Both the position numbers and the translations under genes were made by a program. This document shows, piece by piece, positions 40,717 through 51,656 of a stretch of DNA of 64,000 nt; the stretch's first letter is position 1; each line of letters starts with the position of its first letter. The stretch covers positions 49,233-113,232 of the forward strand of contig CANQJH010000001.1 of assembly GCA_947624195.1 (NCBI GenBank), read 5' to 3'. The notes beneath the pieces were generated by a model. That model was not told the origin of the DNA. It worked only from the letters and a program-made list of their open reading frames with translations, and made no database searches. Origin of the DNA: an uncultured Clostridia bacterium (GTDB lineage: Bacteria > Bacillota > Clostridia > TANB77 > CAG-508).

Positions 40717-40927
40717 TATTACCTAATATATAATATGATTTTAAAACTATAAATGAAATATGAATTATTAAAAAAATGAGTATAGTTATTTTTGAAGAAA
40801 TAATAATCTAAAAAAAGAATATAGTTGTTTTTGAATAAGCCGCGCAGGGACCACCCGTATTGAATGGTAGCTTATTCCAAAATAACCTATATTCATTTTT
40901 TACTATAGCATAACTTATAAAACATTA

Positions 40928-41914
40928 CTATTTGTAATTGGCAAGAGGATTTGCTTCAACTGCTTTTCTTACTTGGTCATTATCAACGTGCGTGTATATT
41001 TCGGTAGTGGATATGCTTTGATGTCCTAGTAGTTCTTGGAGAGCTCTTATATCAACTTGTCCATATTTATACATTAACGTAGCAGCAGTATGTCTCAATT
41101 TGTGAGTAGAGTATTTAGTTGTATCTAACCCAGCTTTTTGCAATTCTTTAGAAACAACATTTTCAACTGTACGCTTGCTAATTCTTTGCCTGTAGGAACT
41201 TAAGAATAGTGCCTTATCAGAATTTTTGGAATCTTTTTTTGCATCAATTGGTCTGACTTTTAAATATGAATTAATTGCATCAATACAAGCTTTATTAAGA
41301 TAAATGGTACGTTCTTTGTTGCCTTTACCAATTACAGTAAGTTTGCAGTCATCAAATTTAATATCAGATATATTAATTCCAACAAGTTCAGAAAGACGCA
41401 TACCACAATTTAAAAATAGGGTAATTATAGCATAATCTCTTTCTTTATTTTTATTTTCCTCATCCTCAGATATAGTAGTAAGAAGTTTTTGACTGTCTTC
41501 TAATGTTAAATATTTTGGTAGCCTTTTATTTAGCTTTGGAGTCTCAATATTTTGTGCAGGATTATTTTTAATTGTGTTAGTAGTAACAGTCAAATATTTA
41601 AAAAATATTCTTATGGTTGAAATTCTTTTAGCGCATGTAGCAGGTCCACATTTTCTGTTTAGAGAAAGATATGAGATGAAAGTATGTATATCTTCTGGAG
41701 TTATTCTTTCTAAATCAGATAATTTATAATCATTTATTTTGATATCATCAAAATTCTCTTCATTTGTCAAATGAAAATGATATTTCATATATTTTAAAAA
41801 CATATTTAAATCGCAATTATACTGGTCCACAGAAGCAGGGGATTTTTTTTGATATGTTAGCGAATAATCAAGAAATGAATTTAAAAAGGTAGGATTTTCC
41901 TCAGTTTTTATCAT
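40928..41914 (-). CDS. tyrosine site-specific recombinase (XerC/XerD family)
   Basis: C-terminal catalytic box HKLRHTAATLMY...GHQSISTTEIYTHV with the nucleophilic Tyr. Confidence 0.75.
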   Translation of the reverse strand: MIKTEENPTFLNSFLDYSLTYQKKSPASVDQYNCDLNMFLKYMKYHFHLTNEENFDDIKINDYKLSDLERITPEDIHTFISYLSLNRKCGPATCAKRISTIRIFFKYLTVTTNTIKNNPAQNIETPKLNKRLPKYLTLEDSQKLLTTISEDEENKNKERDYAIITLFLNCGMRLSELVGINISDIKFDDCKLTVIGKGNKERTIYLNKACIDAINSYLKVRPIDAKKDSKNSDKALFLSSYRQRISKRTVENVVSKELQKAGLDTTKYSTHKLRHTAATLMYKYGQVDIRALQELLGHQSISTTEIYTHVDNDQVRKAVEANPLANYK

Positions 41915-42223
41915 AATTTTATCTCCATAATAATTTTTGTTTAATTATATCATAAAAACACAAAAAGAAAATAATTTCACGCAATTTTTTTGATAATTAT
42001 AAATAAAATTATTTATAAAGAACGTAAAAATATTAAATTGGAATATAACTATTTTTACGTTCTTTTAAAAATCAAACTGTAATATTTATAATAAATTGCA
42101 CAGTAATTATTATTTACTTTTAAGAGTTTTTATGGTAAATTATATATGTACTCAAAAAAAATATTTTTATAAAATCTATATTAAATAAACACTGTAAACA
42201 TATTGTACGAGAGGAAAATATTT

Positions 42224-43309
42224 ATGAAAAGAATCTTAATACTTACTGCAGAAAGGTCGGGGACAGGCCATAAATCTGCAGCAAATGCAATTGAGAGAAA
42301 ACTAGATAAAAGTAAATATGAAATAAAGCAAGTGGATTCATTTACATTAATGGGGAAGATTGGCACAATGCTTGAAAATTCATATATTCCAATTACAACA
42401 AAGCTTCCAATACTTTTTTATATATCTTATTTGTGGAGCCAAACATTTCCAAACACAATGCACTTTTTAATATACACTCAATTAAAAAGGAGACTAAAAA
42501 AAGAAATACAAGAATTTCAACCTGACTTAATTATTACAGTACATAGTATGTTTACTAAAGCGATTTCGCGAGTATTAAAAAAAGAAAATATAAATATACC
42601 ATTTTATATTGATGTTATTGATTTAGTTAGACCCCCTAAGGTCTGGTATGATGAAAATGCTGATATAATGTTTGTCCCAACCGAAGATGTTAAAAATGAT
42701 TATATAGAAAAAGGTTTCAGTAAAGATAAAATATTTGTATCAGGATTTCCAATTAGAGAAGACATAATAAGAAGAGATAGGGCAAAAGAAATAACAGATA
42801 AAATTAATATTCTGCTTGTTAATCCATCTGTTAATTTAAAAAGAAATATTAAGTTTGTTAAAGAAGTATCTAAAATTGAAAATGCTAATGTTACCATTAT
42901 ATGTGGCAAAGATAAGAGATTATATGAAAGATTAATTATAGAACAGAAAAAAGGTAATGTATCTAAGGCTGTACACATTTATGAGTTTGTAAATAATATG
43001 AACGAGTTTTTGGACAAAGCCCATATAATACTTGCCAAAGCAGGGCCTAACATGATACTTGAAGCTGCAAGGAGTGGAACAGCTATTATAGTTACTGACT
43101 ACATAAAAGGACAGGAAAATTACAATTATGAATATGTTGTAAAAAACCACTTTGGATTTAAATGTACTAACCCAGATGAAATTTATAAAAAGATAATTGA
43201 ATTTATTAATTCAAATGAACTTGAAAAATGCTTAAATAACGTAATTAATTCTGATTGCAACAATGGTGCAAGTTTTATTGCAGAATTTATAGATACAAAC
43301 ATTAATTAA
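42224..43309 (+). CDS. glycosyltransferase (MGDG synthase/UgtP-like, GT28 family)
   Basis: N-terminal ILILTAERSGTGHKSAANAIE resembles the diglucosyl-diacylglycerol synthase N-domain. The RBS-supported start is 42224; the track starts at 42203. Confidence 0.6.
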   Translation: MKRILILTAERSGTGHKSAANAIERKLDKSKYEIKQVDSFTLMGKIGTMLENSYIPITTKLPILFYISYLWSQTFPNTMHFLIYTQLKRRLKKEIQEFQPDLIITVHSMFTKAISRVLKKENINIPFYIDVIDLVRPPKVWYDENADIMFVPTEDVKNDYIEKGFSKDKIFVSGFPIREDIIRRDRAKEITDKINILLVNPSVNLKRNIKFVKEVSKIENANVTIICGKDKRLYERLIIEQKKGNVSKAVHIYEFVNNMNEFLDKAHIILAKAGPNMILEAARSGTAIIVTDYIKGQENYNYEYVVKNHFGFKCTNPDEIYKKIIEFINSNELEKCLNNVINSDCNNGASFIAEFIDTNIN

Positions 43310-43341
43310 CTTATAAACTTAAATAAAAGAAGGAAAAGAAA

Positions 43342-44829
43342 ATGTCGTTTACGTCTATTAAATTTTTGATATTCTTTACAGTAATATGCTTTGGATATTT
43401 TCTGTTAAAGAAAAAATATAAAATATATTGGCTACTATTAGGAAGCTATTTCTTTTATATGAGTTGGAATCCTAAGTATGCCTTATTAATGTTGTTTTCT
43501 ACTGTAGTAACATACTTAAGTGGAATACTGATAAGTAGGTCAAAAAGCAAGGGAGAGAAAAAGCTTTGGGTTGCATTATCTGTAATTATAAACCTATTGA
43601 TACTTGCTATATTTAAGTATTATTCATTTATTATTGATAATTTATCAAGTATTTTTACTTTTATAAATTTACCAAAAACACTCAATGTTTTATTACCAGT
43701 GGGAATAAGCTTTTATACCTTCCAAGCCTTGAGTTACACAATTGATGTATACAGAAATGATGTAGAAGTTGAAAAGAATTTTGCAAGATATGCATTATTT
43801 GTATCTTTTTTTCCACAGCTTGTAGCTGGTCCAATTGAGAAGTCAAAAGATTTATTAAAGCAGTTTAAACAAGAACATAAATTTAACTGGGACAATTTTA
43901 AATATGGACTAATACTAATGGGAATAGGATTTTTCTATAAGCTTGTTTTAGCAGATAGAGCTGCATTAGTTGTTAACCAAGTTTATAACAATTTACAAGA
44001 CTACACAAATGGTGGGGGATTGTACTTAATTATAGCAACTGTATTATTTGCTTTTCAAATTTATTTTGATTTTAATGCTTATTCAATTATAGCTAAAGGA
44101 AGTGCAAGAGTTTTAGGATATGAACTTACAACAAACTTCAATAAGCCATATTTTGCAACATCTGTAAAAGACTTCTGGAGAAGATGGCATATATCATTAA
44201 GTTCTTGGTTTAAAGAATATTTATATTTCCCACTTGGTGGAAGTAGAAAAGGATTTTTCAGAACACAGATTAATTTATTGATTGTATTCCTAGTTAGTGG
44301 ATTGTGGCATGGGGCTGCATGGACATTTGTGGTTTGGGGAATTATACATGGAATTTATCAAATTATTGAAAACATATTTAGAAAGATTGCAAGTAGCGCA
44401 AATAAAAATGCAGAGATGAACAATTCTAAACTAGATAAAGAGAGTTGTTCTAAATTAATGAACATAGCTATTAAAGGAACAAAAATGCTTGCTACTTTTA
44501 TAGCAGTAGACTTTGCTTGGATATTCTTTAGAGCAAACTCAATGCAAGATGCATTTACGGTAATTACTCACTTATTTGACTTTGGAGCACCATTAAATAA
44601 AAGCCTATTAGGAATTGACTTAAGTAATGCTGTAGTATTGGCATTTACCTTACTTGTAACTTTTATGTTGGAAGCTATATCTACAAAACACAGCCTTAGA
44701 GTATGGTTAAACAAAAGAAATATAGTCATAAGATGGACAATTTATTATTTGATAATTTTTAGCATTATAATATTTGGTATATATGGACCAGGTTACTCTG
44801 CACAAGAATTTATATATTTTCAGTTTTAA
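43342..44829 (+). CDS. membrane-bound O-acyltransferase (MBOAT; DltB/AlgI-like)
   Basis: Polytopic membrane protein with the conserved His in the WHISLS region and FYTFQALSYTIDVYR. Confidence 0.75.
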   Translation: MSFTSIKFLIFFTVICFGYFLLKKKYKIYWLLLGSYFFYMSWNPKYALLMLFSTVVTYLSGILISRSKSKGEKKLWVALSVIINLLILAIFKYYSFIIDNLSSIFTFINLPKTLNVLLPVGISFYTFQALSYTIDVYRNDVEVEKNFARYALFVSFFPQLVAGPIEKSKDLLKQFKQEHKFNWDNFKYGLILMGIGFFYKLVLADRAALVVNQVYNNLQDYTNGGGLYLIIATVLFAFQIYFDFNAYSIIAKGSARVLGYELTTNFNKPYFATSVKDFWRRWHISLSSWFKEYLYFPLGGSRKGFFRTQINLLIVFLVSGLWHGAAWTFVVWGIIHGIYQIIENIFRKIASSANKNAEMNNSKLDKESCSKLMNIAIKGTKMLATFIAVDFAWIFFRANSMQDAFTVITHLFDFGAPLNKSLLGIDLSNAVVLAFTLLVTFMLEAISTKHSLRVWLNKRNIVIRWTIYYLIIFSIIIFGIYGPGYSAQEFIYFQF

Positions 44830-44919
44830 TATGCATAAGTTTATGAAAACAATTAAAGAAAGGGAAAACATTCGTATAAATAATCTCTTAAATTGTAATA
44901 CGAGTAAAGATTAATAAAA

Positions 44920-45852
44920 ATGAAAAGATTTTTAAAAGTAATTTTATTCTTAGTAATTTTTCTAATAATTCTTAGTTTATTATGGAGAATTTTAATAAGA
45001 AAAGGAGATGGATTTGGCAGTGATGTATATTCTTTTTATAACCTTGAAGATAATTCGCTTGACATAATCTTCTTAGGCTCATCTCATTGTTATTCCACCT
45101 TTTCACCTTATGTAATCGAAGAAAAGACAGGATTAAAATCTTATAACTTTTCTACACAGCAACAACCAATAAATATATCTTATCATTTTATGGTAGAAGC
45201 TTTAAAAACTCAAAAGCCTAAATATTTTGTTTTAGAAACTAGAATGTTTGGTGTTGATGACGAGTATATGGAAGAGGGGGTTGTTCGTGATGCTTTAGAT
45301 AAAATGAAAATGTCGCCAAACAAAATAGAAGCAATAAACGAAAGCGTTGAGAAACCTGAAGATAGAACTTCATACTATTTTAACATAATAAAATATCACT
45401 CAAGATTTATGGAAATAGGGATAGAAGAAATTATGAATGCAATTAAGGGTAAAAGTGTAGACAATAAAGGATTTATAGGGTTGCCTTCTGGCAAAGATGT
45501 ATATATTGATAACACTAACGTTTTGGGCATCACAGAGACAACTGAATTGTCGAACAAGAATCTAGAATTTTTTAATAAGATCATAAATCTGTGCAAAGAG
45601 AATAACATAACTTTAATTTTGACAAAAAGTCCGTGCATTTTGTCAGAGGAAGATCAAAAACATTATAACAAGGTAAAGGAAATAGCAAAAGAAAATGATA
45701 TACAATATATAGATTATAATACAATGTTTAATGAATTAAATTTTACCTTTCCTGATGATTTTTATGATTATGGCCACTTATCTAAGAGTGGAGCTGAAAA
45801 AGTTTCAACTAATTTTTCAAATTATATAGGAGGTTTTAATTATGAAAGATGA
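44920..45852 (+). CDS. DltD/AlgX-like partner protein of the MBOAT acyltransferase
   Basis: N-terminal anchor and a FLGSSHCY block resembling the SGNH/DltD active-site region; gene order GT-MBOAT-partner. Confidence 0.45.
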   Translation: MKRFLKVILFLVIFLIILSLLWRILIRKGDGFGSDVYSFYNLEDNSLDIIFLGSSHCYSTFSPYVIEEKTGLKSYNFSTQQQPINISYHFMVEALKTQKPKYFVLETRMFGVDDEYMEEGVVRDALDKMKMSPNKIEAINESVEKPEDRTSYYFNIIKYHSRFMEIGIEEIMNAIKGKSVDNKGFIGLPSGKDVYIDNTNVLGITETTELSNKNLEFFNKIINLCKENNITLILTKSPCILSEEDQKHYNKVKEIAKENDIQYIDYNTMFNELNFTFPDDFYDYGHLSKSGAEKVSTNFSNYIGGFNYER

Positions 45853-47005
45853 AAATAAAAAAGTAAAAAAAAATAAACATATTTTATTAAAAATTATATT
45901 AATTCTTTTTATTATATTAATTATAGTTGCAGTTGCAGGATACTTTTATATAAAAAGTCAAAATAAAATAATAGCAAATAAAAATTTAAATGCTATTAAA
46001 GATGCTACCGAAAGTATTGAATATGGGAGCAGCATGAGTTATGAAACTATTGTAGAAACATTTGTTATAAGTGATGAACTTGTAGAAAATAGCACAGTTC
46101 AAATCGAAGTTAATAGTAATGTATTAAATCCAGGAGAGGAATATAATTTTACTCAAGTAGGAAACAATGTAATTAAGATAGTTATAACGTGTAATAAATT
46201 TTCATTTATTAATCACCCTATAACTGCTATAAACGATGTAAATATAGATGTAGTAGACACTAAAAAGCCTGTACTAAGTGGAGTACAAAATATAGAGATT
46301 ACACAAGGCGAAACTATAGATGTAAAAGCAAATATTACAGCAAAAGATGAAGTAGATGGAGATTTAGAGGTTACAATAGAAGGAGATTTTGACACTAATA
46401 CACCAGGTACTTATACATTAACCGCAAAAGCAGTAGATAAAAATAATAATGAAACTATTGAACAATTTACAGTTACAGTAAAAGAAAAAAAGGTGGCAAC
46501 CAATACTTCTAGCGGTACTACTGCAAATAATAATTCAAACAACACATCAAATAATAAAACAAGCAACAACGGGACAAGTTCCTCAACAGGAACTTCTTCA
46601 AGTGGAACAAGTTCAAGTTCTTCTTCAAATAGCAAGAGTGCGAAATTAGAGCAAGCAAGAGTAGTTGCACGACAGATAGCTCAAAGTATTACAGGAAGTA
46701 CGGATTTGGAAAAAGTAACAAAGGCAGCAGAAATTGTATCAAGCTATTACTATAGAGGTGTTCATAAGGAATCTGGAGAAGATTATAACACTGCATATGG
46801 AGTATTTATTAAGGGTGAAGCTTCTTGTGCTGGATGCACTAGAGCATTAGGTATGGTCCTAGAAATGATGGGATATTCTTGGACTCACGCAAATGAAAAT
46901 CAATGGACACATCAATGGGTAATACTAACAATGGATGGACAAATAGGTTATGCTGATGGTCAAGTTGGATGGGCAGGTTATGGCACACATCCACTTGCAG
47001 GGTAG
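45842..47005 (+). CDS. membrane-anchored protein with a bacterial Ig-like domain and an S/T/N-rich linker
   Basis: Transmembrane helix, then a DUF5011-like Ig domain (DVVDTKKPVLSG...TYTLTAKAVDKNNNE), a Ser/Thr/Asn linker and a Cys-containing C-terminal domain. Confidence 0.5.
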   Translation: MKDENKKVKKNKHILLKIILILFIILIIVAVAGYFYIKSQNKIIANKNLNAIKDATESIEYGSSMSYETIVETFVISDELVENSTVQIEVNSNVLNPGEEYNFTQVGNNVIKIVITCNKFSFINHPITAINDVNIDVVDTKKPVLSGVQNIEITQGETIDVKANITAKDEVDGDLEVTIEGDFDTNTPGTYTLTAKAVDKNNNETIEQFTVTVKEKKVATNTSSGTTANNNSNNTSNNKTSNNGTSSSTGTSSSGTSSSSSSNSKSAKLEQARVVARQIAQSITGSTDLEKVTKAAEIVSSYYYRGVHKESGEDYNTAYGVFIKGEASCAGCTRALGMVLEMMGYSWTHANENQWTHQWVILTMDGQIGYADGQVGWAGYGTHPLAG

Positions 47006-47049
47006 TAATATGAATGGTTTTCAAAAATGGGTGTAAAGGAAGATAGTAA

Positions 47050-48222
47050 ATGGATAAAATAGATGAAATATTTAAAAAAGTAAATTTAAAAGAAGGAAAG
47101 ATTGTAATAGAAAAGTTCTTATTAAATCTATATTTTTATGAAAGACTATCCACTAAAGAATTAGCAAAAATGTTACTTATACCAATCCCTTTAGCGACAG
47201 CAATAAAGAAAGAAGCAATAAAAGAAAAAATTGTTAAACAAGATAATGGTATATGCCTAACAGAAGAAGGAATTGAATATATAGAAAATAATATGGGATA
47301 TAAAGGAATTAACAAAAAAATATATATGAAGATTATGGAAAACGAAGATTTAATGGATTTTTACAATAAAATATATGATTCATTAGAGATAATTTTTGAA
47401 AATAGGGTGGAAGCTGATGTAACGATAGATCAATCTAAATGTACTTTGGATACGGCAATAAAGAGAGTTTTTATGGGGTTGAAAAATTTTTCAATCGTTG
47501 GTAAAAATATTGCTTGCGTTGGAGATGATGATTTAATTAGTATTACTATAAATGTTATTTTAAAAGAATTATACCAAGGAAACATCCAAAAGACAAGAAT
47601 ATATGTAATTGAGAAAGATAAAAGAATAATCGAATACATAAAGAAAATGGTAGAGAAATTTGAACTAAAAAACCTTATAATAATTGAAATGGATTTAAAA
47701 AATGAAATTAATCCAAAACTAAAAAATATTATTGATTGTGTTTATACAGATACACCATATACATATAATGGACTAAAATTATTTTTATCAAGAGCAATAG
47801 AAATTATGAAAAATGAAACAGGTTTAAATATATTTCTTTCATTCGAACATAAATCACAAGATGATATGTTAAGAATAGAAATATTACTATATAATATGGG
47901 ATTAGCAATATCAGAAATTTTTCTTGGTTTTAATAAATATGAGGGTGCTGAAATATTAGGAGGAGAAGGACAATTTATAATATTAAAAACAACAAATAGT
48001 ACTAAATCAATGATTAAAGGATTTTTTGAAGAATTAATATATACGGGAGAAATCAAAAGAACAAAGAGAAAATACAAATGTAAAAATTGCAATAAAGAAT
48101 ACTGGATAGGAATAGAAGAAAACTACAAAACCATAGAACAGCTTAAAGAAAAGGGTTGCGAAAAATGTGGGCAAAATATATTTGAATTGCTAGAAAGAAA
48201 ACATGAAAATGCCCAAAATTAG
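47050..48222 (+). CDS. aminopropyltransferase-like (BpsA/DUF43 branched-polyamine synthase-like), low confidence
   Basis: VGDDDLISI motif and a C-terminal Cys4 ribbon (CKNCNKE...CEKCGQN); positioned immediately upstream of speH. Confidence 0.4.
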   Translation: MDKIDEIFKKVNLKEGKIVIEKFLLNLYFYERLSTKELAKMLLIPIPLATAIKKEAIKEKIVKQDNGICLTEEGIEYIENNMGYKGINKKIYMKIMENEDLMDFYNKIYDSLEIIFENRVEADVTIDQSKCTLDTAIKRVFMGLKNFSIVGKNIACVGDDDLISITINVILKELYQGNIQKTRIYVIEKDKRIIEYIKKMVEKFELKNLIIIEMDLKNEINPKLKNIIDCVYTDTPYTYNGLKLFLSRAIEIMKNETGLNIFLSFEHKSQDDMLRIEILLYNMGLAISEIFLGFNKYEGAEILGGEGQFIILKTTNSTKSMIKGFFEELIYTGEIKRTKRKYKCKNCNKEYWIGIEENYKTIEQLKEKGCEKCGQNIFELLERKHENAQN

Positions 48223-48271
48223 AGGCTTTGAAAAACACATTACTATGAAATTAAATGTATGAGGAGAAAAA

Positions 48272-48643
48272 ATGGAACAAAGTATTGGTTATCAAATATT
48301 AATAGATTTATATGATTGTGATTATGATAAAATGGAAAATTTAGAATTTGTAAAAGATATGATGAAGAATTTGTCAAAAATTTTAGGAACTACAATAAAA
48401 GATGAGGCTTTTTACAAATTTAGTCCTTATGGAATAAGTGGAGTTTTAATTATTGCAGAATCACATTTAACTATTCATACTTGGCCAGAATATAGATATG
48501 CTGGAATTGATATATTTACTTGTTCAAAAAAAGTAAATACAAAAGATGCAATAGAATTTTTATGCCAAAGTCTGAATACCAAAAAATATGAAATAAAGGA
48601 AATAAATAGAGGAAAAAAAACGACGCACGAGAATCGATTTTAA
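48272..48643 (+). CDS. speH: S-adenosylmethionine decarboxylase proenzyme
   Basis: SpeH family with the processing-site region ESHLTIHTWPE. Confidence 0.8.
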   Translation: MEQSIGYQILIDLYDCDYDKMENLEFVKDMMKNLSKILGTTIKDEAFYKFSPYGISGVLIIAESHLTIHTWPEYRYAGIDIFTCSKKVNTKDAIEFLCQSLNTKKYEIKEINRGKKTTHENRF

Positions 48644-48827
48644 GGCGTTTTTATAAAAAGGTAATATAACTTGTTGTCTATAAAATAAGGCTAAATGCTA
48701 AAAAGCATTGATTTAAGCGAGATAGGACCTTATTAAAAAACTCCTATCTTTACTTGCGCGAAACAACAATTTCACGCAACTTTGTATGAATAAAGTAAGG
48801 AGAGTATTTGATTGACTCTCCTTTATA

Positions 48828-50228
48828 CTATAACTTTTTTAATCTTTCATTTAATTTTTTAATTAATAATTTATTATTAGAAGTTGTTATCATTTGATTT
48901 ATGACATCTTCAGTTATTTCTGCTTGTGGTTTTGATGATAATGCTTTTCTTAATGCATATATTGTTTCTAATTCTTCTTTTGAAAGAAGTAGGTCTTCCC
49001 TTCTAGTTCCAGATTTATTAATATCAATAGCTGGAAATATTCTTTTTTCTGAAAGACTTCTATCTAATACTACTTCCATATTGCCTGTGCCTTTGAATTC
49101 TTCAAATATAACATCATCCATCCTACTTCCTGTATCTACTAATGCAGTAGCTAAAATAGTTAAACTTCCCCCATTTTCTATATTTCTGGCAGCTCCAAAG
49201 AATTTCTTTGGCTTATGTAATGCAGCTGGATCTAAACCTCCTGATAAGGTTCTTCCAGAGGCTGGTACAGTTAAGTTGTATGCTCTTGCTAATCTTGTAA
49301 TACTATCTAATAATATAACAACATCCTTTTTATGCTCAATTAGTCTTTTGGCTCTTTCTAAGACCATTTCAGCTACTTTTACGTGATGTTCAGGTAATTC
49401 ATCAAATGTTGAATATATTACCTCTCCATTAATTGATCTTTTCATATCTGTAACTTCTTCAGGTCTTTCATCAATTAACAATACTATTAGTTCTATTTCA
49501 GGATTGTTTAGTGTGATACTATTTGCAATTTTCTTTAATAGGGTTGTTTTGCCAACTTTAGGCTGAGCAACTATCATACCTCTTTGGCCTTTTCCAATAG
49601 GACAAATCAAATCTATTATTCTCATAGCATATTCCTTAGATGTTGTTTCCATAGTGATTCTTTCATCAGGATATATAGGAGTTAAATCATCGAATTTTTG
49701 CCTTCTGTATGCCATTTCAGGTGGTTCTCCATTTACTTCTCCAACAAATATAAGAGCAGGAAATTTTTCCCCTTCTTTTGGATTTCGTGCTACACCTTTT
49801 ATTTTATCACCATTATCTAGTTTAAATCTTCTGATTTGAACTGGAGAAATGTAAATGTCTTTTGGAGTAGACAAATAATTTTCACCTCTCAAAAAGCCGT
49901 ATCCATCTGGCAATATTTCTAATATACCCTCTGCTATTCTGTCATTAGAGGTTAAAGTATATCCTTCCTCCATTCTAGTTTCTACATCCTCTATATCGTT
50001 TTCTTTTTTATTTTCATTATTATTTTCTGGATTACTTATAAAATTAGATTCTTCAGTATTATGTATATAATCTAACTTTTCTTGCTCACCTTGTTCAGAT
50101 TCTTTAAGAACCTCATACAATTCTTCTCTTTTTAATTTTGAAACATTTTTTATTCCTTTTTCCTTAGCTAATTGTCGTAATTGAGCTAAAGTGTATTCTT
50201 CATATTTCATATTTTTACTTCCTTTCAT
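48828..50228 (-). CDS. rho: transcription termination factor Rho
   Basis: N-terminal insertion, OB domain and RecA-like ATPase (P-loop GKTTLLK; arginine finger region). Confidence 0.9.
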   Translation of the reverse strand: MKGSKNMKYEEYTLAQLRQLAKEKGIKNVSKLKREELYEVLKESEQGEQEKLDYIHNTEESNFISNPENNNENKKENDIEDVETRMEEGYTLTSNDRIAEGILEILPDGYGFLRGENYLSTPKDIYISPVQIRRFKLDNGDKIKGVARNPKEGEKFPALIFVGEVNGEPPEMAYRRQKFDDLTPIYPDERITMETTSKEYAMRIIDLICPIGKGQRGMIVAQPKVGKTTLLKKIANSITLNNPEIELIVLLIDERPEEVTDMKRSINGEVIYSTFDELPEHHVKVAEMVLERAKRLIEHKKDVVILLDSITRLARAYNLTVPASGRTLSGGLDPAALHKPKKFFGAARNIENGGSLTILATALVDTGSRMDDVIFEEFKGTGNMEVVLDRSLSEKRIFPAIDINKSGTRREDLLLSKEELETIYALRKALSSKPQAEITEDVINQMITTSNNKLLIKKLNERLKKL

Positions 50229-50381
50229 AATATCTTAATTTTAACAAATCTGTAAATAATTGTCAACTTTTTTTGGTAGTTTATAGAAGATTTTTTTATT
50301 GTTATTTAATGTAAAATAATAATAAATCCTGATATTCCCTTTTTTATTAAAACAAAAAATAGCATAATTATATAAATTACA

Positions 50382-50648
50382 CTATTTTGACATATCTATA
50401 TAAACTCTTTCATTTGGTAAGTACATATCTAATTTGTCCCTAGCGATTTCTTCTATGTAATCAGTTGAATTTAAGCTTTGAAGCTTCTCATTTAATTCTG
50501 CTTGAACTTCATTAGCTTGCTCTATTTGATTAGAATATTCTTGACCTTCTTTAGCATAAGTGTTTAATAACTTTTGTTGAGAGATAAAAGTGTATATAAC
50601 ATATATAGCTAAAACAATAAATAAAATACGCTTAATTATTGCTTTCAT
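50382..50648 (-). CDS. divIC: septum formation initiator (DivIC/FtsB family)
   Basis: Single transmembrane helix plus coiled coil, downstream of yabQ as in the Bacillus yabP-yabQ-divIC operon. Confidence 0.6.
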   Translation of the reverse strand: MKAIIKRILFIVLAIYVIYTFISQQKLLNTYAKEGQEYSNQIEQANEVQAELNEKLQSLNSTDYIEEIARDKLDMYLPNERVYIDMSK

Positions 50649-50730
50649 TTTAACTCCTATATTTATAAAATTAGTAAAACAAAATTTACCCTATGATATT
50701 TTTCTACAAAAAAACTAAAAATCCTTCTTT

Positions 50731-51273
50731 TTATGTTGATTTTGTCGATTTTTTTCTAATTTTTTTGAATAATTTAATATGATTTTTTGGTCTTTGCATT
50801 TTTTTCTTTTTTGTTTCATTATATAGGGACTCTCCCCTTTTGGCGAGTTTCTTTATTTTTATATTTAAAAAATATATAGGTTTTCTTATCAATTTGTAAA
50901 TAGGATTTATTATCTTTAATATTGTAGAAAATATTGCTTTGGCATATACAATAATTCTTTTAACAATTTTCTTTATGAAATTTAAAATTTTTACATTTAT
51001 ATTTATAAAATATTTACTTACTGTTACCAAATACACTACTATACCAATTAAAAGTCCAATGAATATATAGCTTCTAAGCTCTCCATAACTTACAGTAAAG
51101 ATTTCCCATATTAAAAATAATCCAACAATTATCCCAAATATTGCATCCTCTATATATGTTATTAAATTAGATGTTTTAATTGACTTCCTTAATACTCTAA
51201 AAATATCAAAAAATATACTTATAGCAATCCCAGATACAATATAAATTAGAAACTGGTATAATTGATTATTCAT
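50731..51273 (-). CDS. yabQ: spore cortex biosynthesis protein YabQ
   Basis: Membrane protein with the N-terminal YQFLIYIVSGIAISIFFDIFRVLRK region typical of YabQ. Confidence 0.6.
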   Translation of the reverse strand: MNNQLYQFLIYIVSGIAISIFFDIFRVLRKSIKTSNLITYIEDAIFGIIVGLFLIWEIFTVSYGELRSYIFIGLLIGIVVYLVTVSKYFININVKILNFIKKIVKRIIVYAKAIFSTILKIINPIYKLIRKPIYFLNIKIKKLAKRGESLYNETKKKKMQRPKNHIKLFKKIRKKSTKST

Positions 51274-51281
51274 AGATGCTC

Positions 51282-51584
51282 CTATTTAAATATTTTGTTA
51301 AGTAACCCACCTGATGATTTGCCTGCTTGCTTTTCACTGTATGTTAGGCTATTTATATTTCCATCAATGATTACTTCCGTACTGTCTAAGCTTAACTTAT
51401 TTATTCGTAAATCTTCACCTTTAACAGTTAACATACCCAAATCTGTTTCTAGAATTACAATTTGATCATCAAAACTTAAAACATCCAAAACACCTGAAAT
51501 AGAAAGTTTTCTTCTATTTTCGAGAATAATGTTTTGGATGGTATCACCTTTTATTTGGTTTTTAGAATATTCTTCTGATATCAT
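51282..51584 (-). CDS. yabP: sporulation protein YabP
   Basis: ENRRKLSISGVLDVLSFDDQIVILETDLGMLTVKGEDL matches the YabP family. Confidence 0.8.
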   Translation of the reverse strand: MISEEYSKNQIKGDTIQNIILENRRKLSISGVLDVLSFDDQIVILETDLGMLTVKGEDLRINKLSLDSTEVIIDGNINSLTYSEKQAGKSSGGLLNKIFK

Positions 51585-51656
51585 AGATAACTCCTCCCTA
51601 TTTGTCTACAGTTCTCTATTAATTATATTCTGGGAAGTAGACAAATATGACAAGTT

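Noticed and set aside
40840-40890. Long imperfect hairpin (gaataagc...gcttattc) between the flavoprotein gene and the recombinase gene, considered as a riboswitch or T-box fragment
   Set aside because: No conserved riboswitch core sequence was recognisable. It is more simply a terminator for the convergently transcribed xer-like gene.
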